From assembly GCF_036971445.1 (NCBI RefSeq), contig NC_091475.1, positions 46,624,001-46,688,000 on the forward strand: a DNA stretch of 64,000 bases, given 5' to 3'. Below the pieces are notes generated by a model. The model saw nothing but the letters and a program-made list of their open reading frames with translations. It was not told where the DNA came from and searched no databases. Below, one piece after another: positions 12,300 to 26,329 of this stretch (the first letter of the stretch is position 1; every line of letters starts with the position of its first letter). The DNA is from Narcine bancroftii. Lineage: Eukaryota. The translations under genes and the position numbers were made by a program.

Positions 12300-12850
12300 T
12301 CTCATGAGTTTCCTTTTGTTAGCTTCCAATACTATTGTATCACTTTCTTGGGCACACAGTATTTCAGGTGTGGCTTTACCAACGCCACATACAATTGTAA
12401 CAAAACCTCTCTACCCTTAAACTCCAACCTGTGAAATAAAAGCCAACATGCTGTTTGCCTTCTTAACTACTTGTTAGACCTGTATGTTAACTTTTGTGAC
12501 TCAATCATTCGAAGACCTAGATCCCCCTGAACTTTACTCCTTTGCAGTTTTGCTCCATTCAGATAATAATCAACATTTTGATTCCTTTTATTGTAGGGCA
12601 TAGCATCATATACTTAGATGTCTGTTGCCCAGGGTTTCGCCCAATCAATCACTCAGTCTTTATGACTCTGCAATATCCTGTTCATAAAATGTCCTTCAAT
12701 TTACTTTTGTACTGTTGGCAAATCTGGAAACCTTGCATTCCATTCCTTAAAATCATTCAGGTTAAAAAAATAAACAATTCAGGGCCAATTCCTTGGATAT
12801 CCAACTACAGTAGTTACATTCCTCCAGTCAAGGATTCCAAATGCTTTTCA
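12300..12850 (-). mobile_element. Old CR1-like fragment
   Basis: Degenerate similarity to the better-preserved CR1 copies in this window. Confidence 0.5.
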
Positions 12851-12933
12851 AGTGACTGTTTTCAAGCGAAAGATTTTAAAAGCTACTTTTGATTAAAGTT
12901 GGAATGATCAGGAAGTGGATCTCGTATTAGCTC

Positions 12934-14470
12934 TGTGACAGATTATGTTTTATTTTATAAGATAGTTATGTTTTTGGAAGATAAATTGTGGCAGGTTTTT
13001 TTTTTAAATGTAGGTCAGATACAAAGAACTTATTTAAAATGCCCAGAGCAAGCCAGACAGTCCAGGCTCAGAGTGCCTTTGCAAAAACCTTTGAAGAATG
13101 CCTATAAGACAGGGATCTCAAGCTTGCGGCCCGCGGGACGATAGTTTGTAGCCCCGCCTTAATATGAAAGTTTAATGTTAGTGCGGCCCGCGAGTTTGAT
13201 ATGATTGGCACTTTTCAGTGTTGTGTGCAGAGCTGAACAAACCTACCAATCATGGTGGGGTATATTGCTCTCGGGGGCGGGACATCGGCTGGACTTATTG
13301 CGAATATAAGCATATTTGTGTGCATTTTCTATTTGTCATTATATGCACGTGGCACATGCGCAATTTCCGCGGCCGCTCCCGCTTCACGCGCTTTGGCGTC
13401 CAGTCTGAACCCAGAAGTTGTTGCTCAGCGGGACAGAAAAAAAAGCGGAAAAGACGCATCGGCTAAACACTGAAACTTCAACGCAACAGTGACACCATTT
13501 GAATCTGAATAATAATAATTACATTTCTTCAGTCAGCAACTATATGTGGTTTCTTCAGTCTTCTATATCTGCTGTATTATTATTAATTTCATTATTATTA
13601 TTTTCATTTTATTTATTTATTACTGATTTTTTTTTCTTATGAATTGTTAATTAATTTATTTTTTCATCTTATTTTGTGTTAAAAAATAAAAATAAAGATA
13701 TTTGATAACATTGGAATGTTTTTGTAAGAGCTTTTCTTGTGGAAAACCTGATGTGGCCCAGCCTCAACCAGACTCTACCTCCAGTGGCTCCCGGGTAAAT
13801 TGAGTTTGAGACCCCTGCTATGAGGACTTCACAAGTAGGTGTTAATTGGACATGCTGTGGAGTAATGGATTATTGTTTTGGAAGCAACAGATGAATGGAC
13901 TCGGAAGATTGGGTCTGGGGCTGCAGCCTGTCTGAGTGCAGCTGGCTGCTCTAAGAGGGTCATGTGGGTTTTCTCAGAGAGTGAGAGTTCAGTTCTACAG
14001 TTCAGCAGCTGGGACTAGAACATTATAAGCTTGCAAGCTTATGGAAAAACAGCATTTTGAAGATGGATTGTGAGTTCTTAGTTGAGCCTATTCAAAGCCC
14101 CTGTGGTCCATCCAAGAAGGGATGGCCGGCTGTATAATGTTTCACTTGAAATAAGGGAAACAGAAAAGGAACTCTGTGGTGACCTGAAAGAAAGAGGTTA
14201 TCATCTAGAAAACCTTGATGGGGCAAGTTGCTTCAGCAAGACAATGAAGTGGCTGATCGGAAGGAATCAGTTTGTGTCCAATGAGCAACAAATCTCTCTC
14301 TGAAAACTGACAAGAACCTTTCTGAGCAGTAACCATTTACCTTTCAAGCACAAAGCCTGGTGAATTCATAAATCTTAAATTCTGTGCACAGTATAAGAAT
14401 TGCCTGCAACCAGTAACGTGGAGGAATAAGAAGTGAGAGTGGATTGTGAATCAAAGGGCTTTTCTGAACT
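12934..14470 (+). mobile_element. Putative long LTR-like repeat (interrupted by hAT element, cut off by CR1)
   Basis: Starts TGTG; homologous in reverse complement to 26330-27843 (e.g. GAAGTGGCTGAT.G.AGGA..C.GTTTGT.TCCAATGA). LTR class is inferred. Confidence 0.55.
13110..13817. mobile_element. Non-autonomous hAT (Charlie-like) element
   Basis: TIRs CAGGGATCTCAAGCT / AGTTTGAGACCCCTG; TSD CTATAAGA/CTATGAGG; host repeat resumes on both sides. Confidence 0.85.
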
Positions 14471-14473
14471 TAT

Positions 14474-15277
14474 ACCATATAACCACTTACAGCACAGAAC
14501 AGGCCAGTTTGGCCCTACTAGTCCATGCCGTAACAAATCCCCACCCTCCTAGTCCCACTGACCAGCACCCGGTCCATACCCCTCCAGTCCTCTCCTATCC
14601 ATGTAACTATCCAGTCTTTCCTTAAATGTAACCAATGATCCCGCCTCGACCACATCTGTCGGAAGCTCATTCCACATCCCTACTACCCTTTGCGTAAAGA
14701 AATTTCCCCTCATGTTCCCCTTCTAATTTTCCCCCTTCAATCTTAAACCATGCCCTCTAGTTTGAATCTCCCCCACTCTTAATTGAAAAAGCCTATCCAC
14801 ATTTACTCTGTCTGTCCCTTTTAAAATCTTAAACACCTCTATCAAGTCCCCTCTCAATCTTCTACGCTCCAGAGAAAAAAGCCCCAGTCTGCACAACCTT
14901 TCCCTGAAACTCAAACCTTGAAATCCTGTCAATATTCTCATGAACCTTCTCTGCACTCTCTCTATTTTGTTTACATCTTTCCTATAATTTGGTGACCAAA
15001 ACTGTACACAGTACTCCAAATTTGGCCTCACCAATGCCTTGTACAATTTCATCATAACCTCCCTACTCTTGAATTCAATACTCCGATTTATGAAGGCCAA
15101 CATTCCAAATGCCTTCTTCACCACACCATCTACCTGAGTATCAGCCTTGAGGGTACTATTTACCACCACTCCTAAATCCCTTTGTTGCTCTGCACATCTC
15201 AATAGCCTACCATTTAATGCATATGACCTATTTAGATTTGCCTTTCCAAAATGTAACACCTCACACTTATCTGAATT
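14474..15277 (-). mobile_element. CR1 LINE 3' fragment (relatively well preserved)
   Basis: DKCEVLHFG..RDLGV..LYKALVRPNLEYCVQFWSP..LFSLERRRLRGDLIEVFKI..TRGH. Confidence 0.92.
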
Positions 15278-17006
15278 AATGATTAACAGACAGGCTAAAA
15301 TGACATTGTGACAAGGGTGACAAAATAGCCAAACTGACATGAAAGGAATGTAGTGAAACAACGAAGTCTGCAGATTCTGGGGTTGAGTGCACAAATGTGC
15401 TGGAAAAAAATCAGGTCATACAGTATCCACAGGAAGTAAAGGGTCTGAATCGTTGGTTACCCCTTTTTTCCTATGGATGCTGCATGACCTGCTGAGTTTC
15501 TCCAGTACATTTGTGTATTGCACAAAAGGAATGTTATGTTTTTGCTTGAGATCAATTTGGGAATTTTCACTGCTTTAACTTTGGTACAGCAGACTTTTCA
15601 GGATTTGTTCTTTAATCATTTTACAACTTTCTCATCTGCATCAATCTGCCCTCATCAGAGAGGTTCACAGGAGGTCGAACTGCTTTCACTCACACAAGTG
15701 ACAGCAATGATGGGAAAATCCTAAAGCAGGAACTTGTGTTACAACTCTTCAAAGTTTGTTCATCATCCACACAGCTCAAGCCAAGCATCATGGAATATTC
15801 TCCACTTGCCTGGATGAGTGCAACCTGAGGAACACTCTAGTTCCTTTGAACACCATACAGGTTCCGGAACAGCTGCTACCCCTACACCATCAGACTCCTC
15901 AACAATAAACTCAGTCAGGGACTCATTAAAGGACTCTTACTTGTGCACTTTGTTCTTTTTTCTCTTGGTATTGCAGTTTGTTTACATTTCTTTATTTATT
16001 TACATGTGTACATTATGTACAGTTTCTTTGCACTTCCAATAAGTGGTAATTCTGCCTTGCCTGCAAGAAAAAGAATCTCAGGGTTGTATGCACTTTAACT
16101 CACAATGTGGTTTTCCACACAAACAATCTGCCCTATTTTCAAAGACACCAAATGTGGCTATTTTCTTCCACAATGAATTCACAAACCCAGACAAGGGTTA
16201 AACAAAGTAGCAAAACACAAAAATTGATCCAGTTGGATTCTGTCCTCTTTTCCCAAGAGACAGCAATGTGCTCTTCATTAATTCAATAGCCACTGATTCT
16301 GTGTTCCCCTCTTCAAAAAAGTAAGACACAACCAATTCTGGTTACTGTAACTCAACCCTGTCTGTCACAAGATTTCAACCCCTGTCTGTCACATTCTGTG
16401 AACTCCAAGCTGAACTGTTCCAAAACTGAAAACAAAAATGTCTGAATTCAGAAATATATTTTTCCTCAAATCATGCAACCATTACATCACCACCAAGGTG
16501 AGTCCCAATTCTTGGAAGCCACATGACCAGATTTATTTCTACAAAAATTCTGTTCCTTTTTCAAAACCATTCTATATCCATTACAACCTCTGACCTCATC
16601 TCTGTTCAAGTCACTTTGATTAAAAACAGATGGCTTCCTCAGCAGTTCTTGATTAAGACCCACTTGAAATCCAATAACTCTGTCTGACAGACACATCAAC
16701 TCCAAGAATGAACACTCTTTTCAGAGAAAAGTTCTCTATAGATGTGATGTGACCCTGTACCAACCCACAGTGAATTTACTAAAAATACAGATACAGTATT
16801 TTAACTCTATAATTTACTAAGACATTTTTATAAAAGAAATATAGTTTAACATAAAAGATCAACTTTTATCTGTTACAAAATGCAGTACGAGTTATACCAA
16901 CTATATCTTCCCTTAAACTCCATGCCCTAGCGACAATCGCGATAAAGGCAAGATCCAAGGTTTTTCAAATTCTAACCTCAGGAACTAATTTGACCAGATT
17001 TACTCA

Positions 17007-17225
<219 letters not shown>

Positions 17226-17337
17226 TCACAGGAATGATTCTAAAGACCAAGTATCATTAACTAGTGACAGCAAAATGCATCAACTCTGTATCATTGGAAG
17301 AATCTTGGGTTTATGTACAATTTGGGTCCAGACTCAC

Positions 17338-17462
17338 CTCTTTGCACCACCTGCATCTGGAGAGACAATTATAGAATTCCTCCATTCTGGAATATATTCC
17401 TTTATCCATTGCAGCACTGCTGGTTCTGCATACAAGTTATCCACAGGAATATCAAAGAAACC
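17338..17462 (-). CDS. PRPS2: PRPS2 coding exon 4 (125 nt)
   Basis: Acceptor TCTTCTAG; [42 protein letters not shown]; donor GTGAGT. Confidence 0.97.
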
Positions 17463-17709
17463 CTAGAAGACAATTTGTTCTAATTTTATAAAAGGATGCG
17501 GTAATGCTTTTTTTAAAAATATCTTCAGACATGTCTGGTGTCCTTTGAATATTGGAATGTCCTGGCAGCTGAATCTTTTACTTGGATTTTTTTTTTTTTT
17601 AAATTTTGGTCTTCTCAAGAAGTTTAATTCTTACTAAGCAACAACCATTGCTGCCATAATTTTCCTCCCCAATGAGCCCCATTCAAATCCTGGCTCAGCA
17701 GTAAACAGA

Positions 17710-18152
17710 TTACCATACAAGCTGATATATCGGATGACCTGAAAGTTCAAAAATTCACCTTAAAATCAGGGTCATCCGATATAAAGGGTCTAAAATTCTC
17801 ACCTTGATGGAGTCAAGATGCTGCCGCCATCTTCCTGCCGGCTTCAGTGCAATCTCATGCACTAGCCGGCGCTCCTCCGCGGGGTCCATCCATCTGGTGC
17901 GATTCTGTACAGGCTTTAAACAGCCTGTTACAGGAGCCGACAGTGATTTTAAAATGCCCAAATAAAATTTAAACCTTGAAATGATCATTTGTTATTAAAA
18001 TATTGTGATTTTCTTTCAACAGCATCCACTGATCAGCACAAGTGCCAGATTTGGAGGCATCTTATACAAAGGGTATCACTCAAATCCAACATCTTGTGTG
18101 GAAATTCTGGGGTTGTCTTATAAACGAGTCATTCTAAACAAGGGCAATATAT
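17710..18152. mobile_element. Old Tc1/pogo-like non-autonomous element
   Basis: Degenerate subterminal palindromic motifs around a GC-rich core; class inferred. Confidence 0.4.
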
Positions 18153-18289
18153 AATAATTGAACCATGAAAATATTGAAAGATACAAAAATACACAACATC
18201 CAAAGCATAGTAATTTCAAGTTCAAAAATTTTCATTCAAGCTGCGGTCAAAGAGAACAAATGCAGTAGGCAGGAACATGGCAGAGTAAA

Positions 18290-18730
18290 TAACAGTGGTT
18301 TAAATTGTATTTTTTATTTCAATGCAGGAGGTTTAACAGGCAAGGCAGATAAACTCAGTGCATAGATTGGCTGGGGACTGGGATATTATAGCCATTATCA
18401 GCAACATGGCTGAGGGACACTCAGGGCTGACAAAATGCTACAGGCATAATAGAGGTGCAGGCAGGAGAGAAGGGGGAGGGTGCATTTTTTATGAAGGAGG
18501 AAATAACAGTGCCTGGAGAGGATATGGTTGGGAGGGAAAAACCCAATGAGGCAGAATGATTAGAATTATAGGCCCCCAATACTGAAAAATCACAGTGTAG
18601 AGGGAGATCATAGTACGTTGTAAGAATAATAGGATAGCATTACTGAGAGTTTTTAACTTCCTTAATATTGACTGGGTCAGAGTGCAAAGGGCAGGGACAG
18701 GGTTGAATTTATTGTGTTCATAAAAGCTTC
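18290..18730 (+). mobile_element. Old CR1 endonuclease-region fragment
   Basis: CIYFNA..LTGKAD.L..WDIIAI, R.GGG motifs. Confidence 0.55.
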
Positions 18731-20227
18731 CTTAATCATCACCTCACTGCCATTCTACCAAACCCCTACACCATCTTCCACACTATAATACAATGTCTCA
18801 CCTCCAACAAACTTATCATTGGAGTGGAGATCATCCACAGGACACACAGAAACCTTCAATCTTCACCACCCCCACACCAGGACTAAGATCACCCCAAATC
18901 CATTCACTGACAAATCTTGTTTACACACACACTTCGAGACTGAACTCCAATCATTACGAATTCCTTCAATGAGCCAAGAAATGACTTGGTCTTACATTAA
19001 ACATCCAAAAGACAGAGTTTCTCATTAACTTATTTTTTACTGCACAACGTTAACCTCTAATCAAGATCCACAAAAGTTAGGAACACGTTGAATACTTCTC
19101 CAGTCTTGAGGGGAAGTATTTGTAGATCAAATCTAACATAAAACATGTGATCTACTTAGCCACAGCAAGTCCTAAAGAAGGAACTGCAAAGCTCTGAAAA
19201 AGAAGCATCAACACCTTCTACAAAAATCTCCAAATCAATTAGGAAGAGGGGAGACTCAGTCAATGACCTTTTTCAAGCTGTCATCATATTCAAATTGCTC
19301 TGGTTTGCAAGATACATCATCAAATGTTTAGACCCAGATGCCCAAATCAATCCTTCAGTTTCAAGGTCTACCACAGCAAGAGATTTCAAGAGAGAAAACA
19401 CTTCACATCCTCCTTTCAAAGAGGATCTACCCAGCCTTGTGAGAATTCCTGGTATGCAACCAATTAAAATGGAGGGGCAGCACCCAAGAAGATCCTGAGC
19501 AACCTGAATTTCTAAAGCTGATGAGCATGCAGTTCTTGCACAAACTGCATAAGGGGCTTTAACATTCCACACCATGCTGTCCTGTCTACAACTACCCGTT
19601 TTAACTATGGCAGAGTCAGACACTTAAAAACCCATGAACTGCTGAAGTCATCTCAACATTGAGAAAATGTCTAACAATATCATGAAACCACAAAGATTAA
19701 CAGTCAAATTTGGACTTTCATCAAGATCACTGGAGGCAACAGACAAGAAAAAGGTATTCATTCAATGAATACACTATGGAAGGCCTCCAATCCCAATTTA
19801 TCCTCAAAATGGTGTCCAGTTATTCACTTGTTGAAAAAGCATTTTTCAAAAGCATTGCCATATCCTATTTTTTTTAATTTTAAGTTTCAGATCTCTCATT
19901 TTGTATCAATATTGATACAACCCTGATGAGGTTTATTATAATGTCCAATTTCAACAACCAGTCCAGTTATTTTCACAAGCAATGAGCAGAATGGACCAAT
20001 CTGCTGATCTAACATAAAGACAGACAGCATACCAGATATTTCCCTAACAACCAGAAACCTTTATGGCAGAAACAAATGTTTCTATTTATTTTGTCATAAT
20101 GAAACAATATGCAGCTCAATATCAAAACATAATGAACAGTGAGTTATTATGCAGTGAATCCCAAGAAACATTTGAAGAAACAACTCACTTAATGAAACAT
20201 TCCTTGTGATATTGAGACTTGGCACTA

Positions 20228-20344
<117 letters not shown>

Positions 20345-20761
20345 CTAAAATTAGACATATTTGAGTAAGATTGAGCATAAATATTTGATATCCAGAAAGT
20401 GCCCCAACCTACAGTCAGCAAGATTTGATTTACTGTGGGGAAAATCAAGTTGATTCTACATTGCTCAGAACATCAGACAATTCAGCAAATAATAAAGCCC
20501 TACAGCTGACAAAGTCTGGTGATCATGCCAATATGAACTAATCCTATCTGCCTACATATGTTCTTGTCTCCCTCTACTCTTTCCCTGATCATGTCTTTTT
20601 TAATCCCTCTTAAATTAGCCATTTGGCAATGATCCTTATCAATACATTGGTCATGTCTTCTGATACCACCTTTTTTGTATGAATTATGGAGTTTGAGGAA
20701 AGATATGCTGGCAATTTCTGCTTACATTCGCACTATTTAATTACAGTTATAAAAATCTATA

Positions 20762-20975
20762 CGGGCGGCAGGAGTTAGTGCCACTTTCTTATAGCACCAG
20801 CGATAGTGTTCAAATCCCGCACTGTCTATGAGGAGTTTGTACATCTCTTCATGTCTGCATGGGTTTTCCTCCCACCTTTCAAAGCTTACGGGGGGGGGGG
20901 GGGGGGTGTAGGTTAATTGGGTGTATTTTGTGGGCGAAAGGGATTGTCACCGTGCTGTATGTCTAAATTTAAATT
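20762..20975 (+). mobile_element. HE1/V-SINE-like SINE
   Basis: Same core; tail GTATGTCTAAATTTAAATTTA. Confidence 0.8.
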
Positions 20976-21731
20976 TATCAGAATCCCTCAAATCTGCTCC
21001 CTTATATACCACAGCAACCTCAATTGCCCCAGCTGGATCTTGATCCCCATTCACAGCAAAGCCTGAACTCCTTAGATCTCAAAGGAATAGGTGCTCGTGA
21101 CATGTTCATAAGATGCCTAAATAATTAAAATGTAAAATGAATCTTGTTTTAATACTGTATAACAAATGGCATTGGTGTAGAATTGCTGTGCTAAGTTCAG
21201 TAATTCTTGAAATAGCAATAACAAATTACCTCATTTTTTTCCACGTACCATCAAAGAATTAAGTTCTTTTGCTTGTTCTTAAGTTTGTAAAAAGAAACTT
21301 GTTATCTCGAGTTTCCATTAGAATTTTACTCCTTTTAATGGCAATGTTCGAAATGTAACACGCTGGAATTATATTCAGAAACATAAGCATTTTGTTTCTG
21401 CTGCTGCTTCCAGATTCTGCTGTTGTCAGTAAGCTTAACATAGTTATTAATGTTATGATGTTTTTCTTGTGAGAATATATCTTTTATTACACATCCTCAA
21501 TTGTCCTCATGAGGGTCAGTGACCACACAGAGGGAAGTTATATCAGAAGGTGATGTGGTTACAGCATACAAAATTTCAAAGCTTTTGCTCCAGCAACAAT
21601 CAAGGTCATGTATAACCTGGAGGTCAATGGGCAGGTCAGGAAGTTCCAATAGAGCTGCTATTTTATTCTTCCAGGAGATAAGAGATAACAGAATAGACAA
21701 TTGCTACTTCTCTTTGAGGACAATAAACACT

Positions 21732-22519
21732 AGGCCCTTCCATGCCAGGCCTCTACTGGAGGCCAGCTATAAGCATGGAGGGAAAATATAAACTTATCTT
21801 TAATGGAGCAGCCCTAAAAGCCCTAAAAGCCCTAAAAGGCTCATGTTGTGCCTTGTAGCGCCCTCTGGAGCTGATGGAGGCAGGGTGACTTGCACCCCCC
21901 GTGGTGCCGCCCATCATAAATACATGGCAGAGCAATGGCCATTTACCCTACCCATAATCCCCCACGCAGCTGGAACTGCGGTTTCCCCAGATGGTTACAG
22001 CTGCGTGGGGAATTATAGGTAGGGGAGATGGCCATTGCTCTGCCACGTTTTGAGCTGCAGAGAGCGGCCCCAAAGGCCAAAGTGGCCCAGTGAGTGGCCG
22101 ACGGGGCTGTCAAAGCTCCTGCTGGCCACCCCTGCCCTGACAGTTCCCGCTGCCACCCCCCCAACCTGACCCCTGCTGGCTACGCCTGTCCCGATGGTGC
22201 CCTACCCTGATGGCTCCTCCAAGCCGCACCTTCCCAGAAGGGGTCATGGAAGGAGGGGAGTGAGAGAGAAAGGGGAGAGATGGGTCGCTGGCTAACGGCG
22301 TCATCGCAACGTCATCAGCCCACCTCTAGCAAGCTGGTTGCAGCAGCATTACATTCATGTGAGGCGGCAGAGCGCTGTGCTCTGTCAACGATCCTTACCC
22401 GAGAGGGATTGCAGCATCTTGGAGCCGACTAAGGTGCTTTCATAGAGGTAAGTCTCCCAACACAAGGGCGTAGAATCTCCACCTTTACAGTTGGGCTTTT
22501 TCACAGCACGAAAGGGCCT
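21732..22519. mobile_element. Non-autonomous PIF/Harbinger-like element
   Basis: TIRs AGGCCCTTCCATGC / GCACGAAAGGGCCT; 3-bp TSD ACT on both sides; GC-rich interior. Confidence 0.65.
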
Positions 22520-22569
22520 ACTGCAGCCAACAGTGCCTTCAGCACTGAAGGAGCCAAGTGTCACATGGC

Positions 22570-23430
22570 AGTTAAAAAAAAACAGAAATACTGGAGGAAC
22601 TCAGCCAGGCTTGCAGTGTCTATGGAAAGCAAAGAATATATTATAGACATTTCAGAGACTGGCAGGGGAAGAAGTAAAGACCAGCAAAAGGTGTTAATTG
22701 GATAAGATAAGAGGTGAGAAATGATTTTGGCTCTGAAAGGAGACAGAGAGGGAAGATAAAGCACGAGTCTGAAAAAAAAAAATTTTTCAACAAAGGAGAG
22801 AAGAGGGAGGAGAGAGAGCGTGTTAGGGGAAGGAGACAGAGGGAAGGAAGGGTTTAAACAAAAAGTGGAGAAGTCGATGCTAATGACATCTGGCTGGAGA
22901 TGCCTAGACAGAAGATGAGATGTTTTTTCCTCCAATTTGTCTCAGTATAATAGTGCATGAGACCAGGGATGTACATGTCACCAAGAGAATGGGATGGGGA
23001 ATTCAGAATGGGAGATCCATGCTATTGCAGTAAACGAGCCCCACAGATTCAAAAGTGAAATGTTGCTTCTCTTGAAAGGACTGTTTAGGATCTCGAATGG
23101 TGGAGAGGTAGGAGGTGTGGGTGCAAGTGGACTATCTCCTGCGGTTACAGGTGTAGGTGCCAAAGAGGATGATTGGTAGGGTGGGAGGAGTAGACAAGGG
23201 AATCGCAGAGGGAGTGGTCCCTGCGGAAGGAGGAGGGGAATGTGCATCTAGTGGTGGTATCTCATAGGTGGCGGAAATGGCAGTGGAGGAAACGCTGGTC
23301 ACAGAGGCTGGTAAGGACAAGGGGAATCCTGTCCTTATTGTGCAGTGAGGTGGAGGGGACAAGGGCAGATGCACAGGTAATGGAGGATATGCAGGTGAGG
23401 GCCGAGTTGATGATAGTAGAGGGAAATTTG
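22570..23430 (-). mobile_element. Penelope-like element remnant (GIY-YIG end)
   Basis: LQPDVISIDFS motif; FPSTIINSALT..RIPLVLT; related to 62200-63235. Confidence 0.7.
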
Positions 23431-24679
23431 AATTCGCTCCCAATTAATAATGGCATTATTCTTAATGAGGAGGGGCTTCAATCCATACAATGCACAAAAG
23501 CTGCTGAAATGCTCACACTGGCCAGAAGCAGATCCAAACACTGATGTACATTAAATGGCAGTCTATTCAGTAGCTAATGTGCATCTTTTTTAATTTGAAA
23601 GAAAAATGATCCATTTACTAATTAGATTAATACTGTATGTGGATTTACATTGCATGGTGCTTGCTTGAACAATGTTTTGTGTTAACCAAGCAGAAGTAAT
23701 GCAGCTGATTGTCAAAAAGGCAAAAGACCCTAAAGCTATGCTGCTATATTTCAGCAAGATGAACATATACGAGTTATGTCAAGACTCCTCTTCATATGCA
23801 AATCTAATGGTTTCAATTGCAAACCTCATTGAAAACATTATCTGCACTGTAAAGTTATCGTGACAAATAATTTACACCTAATTGTAAACCATTAATGATA
23901 CAAGTTATTTCAAAAATCAAGTTAATAATTCATAAATGCCACACTTTTAAACTCAATATATTGACAAATTCTTAAATCTAATCAACTTTGAAATAAAATA
24001 TTAAACAAGATCAGTTTTGTTGACATAAAATCCAGATTCACTGCTGCTGGAATGTGTCTCAAGCACTAAAAAGCACTTCATTTATATAGCAAAATGTTAA
24101 GGCTCCTCACAGAACATTATTTAACATATTTTAATGTAACATTACATGGTATAAAATAATAAGAGATGGCTTTAAGTTTTATTTTTGAGAAGAAGTTTCG
24201 GGAATTCCGTTTATGAAGTCACACCAAAAGATGGAGGGAATTACAGATAACGTCAAGATGCTGGAATTTAAAGGACAGATATATCATGGAATGGAATAGG
24301 ACTGGAAGAGATTATAAGCACTGAAAGACCATGAAATTTGAAAATACAAAAATGGGAATCTTAAAATCAAGGTGCTTCTTAACTTGAATCGAATGAAGAT
24401 AAAACAGCAGATTAACTGGAAGCAGAGCAAGGCTACTATATGAATTATAATTCATACCTTGACCAAGGGCTCAGGCCATAAACACTGGTTATCCTTTGTT
24501 TCCTATAGATGATGCATGATCTGCTTTAGTTTCTACAGCACTTTTACATGTTGCACATCACAGTGCCGGTTTGACTTTCCTGTTTAACTCCAATGTAATC
24601 TAATTCTGTCATCAGGTGAAGAATTATACTAGCAAAATATTTAAGATATTCACCAATTTACTCCACTAAATAGTTGTTT

Positions 24680-26165
24680 GATTCAGATTTATTGTCACAA
24701 TTACCATTATTGGCAGTGCAAAAAAAATGACTCAAATTACACATGAAAGCAAATAAAGAAATATAAGTAAACTGACTGTGCAATAGAGAAAAAAAATCAA
24801 TTAAGTGCAAAATTAAGAGTACAGGTAGTCTTCACTTTATGACTGTATTTGGGACCGAAGGATTGGTCATAACTCAGATTGGTTGCAAATCAGATTACAT
24901 GTCTTAACGAGGTATTAAAGCAATTTTTCTAAAAAATGTCAGGAAATGAATCTTTGATGAAGAAGCCTCAGCATATGTACAGTATTTTTATGTGTGCAGA
25001 TGGACACAACTCCAATAGGTCATAAGTTGAGGACTACCTGTTATTAAACAAGTCCCTGATTGAGTTTGTTATTGAGGAGTCTGATGGTAGAGGGCTAGAA
25101 GCTGTTCCTGAACCTGGAAGTGTGAGTCTTGTGGCACTTGTACCTCTTTCCTGATGGTAGCAGCGAGAACAGAGTGTTGCTGGATAATGTGGTTGCTAAT
25201 TGATGCTGGTCTCTGATGGCAGTGTTCCCTGTAGATGTTCTCAATGGTAAGGAAGATTATACCTGTGATGCCAAGCAGTATCCACTACCTTTTGCAGTGA
25301 TATTCACTCAGGGGCATTAGTATCTCTATGCCAGACCATCATGCAGCCGGTCAGCACACTTTTCACCACACATCTGTAGAAATTTGCCCGGGTTTCTGAT
25401 GTCATGCCAAACCTCTGCAAACTCCTGAGGGAAGCAGAGGCACTAACATGGTTTCTCCACTATGCCATTTGTGTGTTGGGTGCAGGAAAGATCCTCCGAG
25501 ATGGGGCCTTCCAAGCTCACCCTCTGATCACTGGATCATACACTTCCCATTTTTCCTTTCTGAAGTCGACAATCAGCTCCTTGGGTTTGGTGACATTAAG
25601 TGCAAGGTTGTTGTTGGTGCACCATTGAGCCAAGTTTTCAATCTCCCTCTTGTGTGCTGACTCATCACCATTTTTATACAACCCACAACCATGGTTTTGT
25701 CAGCGAACTGACAAGTGCTGTCGTACTGAGCCACACAGTCGCAGATGTAAAGTGAGTCGAGCAAAGGGCTAAGAACACAGCCCAGTGGTGCTCTGGTACT
25801 GTTGGAGATTGTGGAGATGTTCTTACCAATCCTCACTCATTGTGGCCAAGAGGTAAGGAAATCCATAATCCAATTACACAGTGAGATGTTGAGTCCCAGG
25901 TCTTGGAATTTGATGATCAGTTTTGAGGTAATGATGGTATAAATGTCGAATTCTGGTCAATAAAGACCATCCTGATGTATGCATCTTTGCTGTCCATGTG
26001 TTCCAGGGCTTTGTGTAGAGCCAGTGAGATGGCATCCACCGTAGACCCATTGCTACAATAGGCTAATTGGAACTGATCCATGTCAGCCCTCAGACAGGAG
26101 CTAATATGCTTCAACATCTGCCTTGCAAAACACTTCATCACTGTTGATGTGAGTGCCACTGGTTG
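24680..26165 (-). mobile_element. Rex1/Babar-like LINE RT and 3' end
   Basis: [44 protein letters not shown]; GCVLSPLL; FAD.T.VVG. Confidence 0.85.
24822..25040. mobile_element. Tc1/mariner (Tigger-like) MITE nested in the Rex1-like LINE
   Basis: TIRs CAGGTAGTCTTCACTTTATGAC / GTCATAAGTTGAGGACTACCTG; preceded by TA. Confidence 0.75.
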
Positions 26166-26329
26166 ATAAAGTCATTTAGGAGATAAAAATCAGGATTTAT
26201 TATCATGAAATGTGCTATTTTGTGGCAGCTTCAAAGAGCAAACATACATATTATAAACATCTTATGACATTACTATAGAAAAATAATAGTGGACGAAAAG
26301 TGTCTTTGGTTCATTGATTCTTATGAGCC

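Noticed and set aside
20889-20906. Poly-G runs here and near 36700, 41180, 50735 and 59960 as functional G-quadruplexes
   Set aside because: Mostly homopolymers inside repeats; run lengths are sequencing-sensitive and nothing else supports function.
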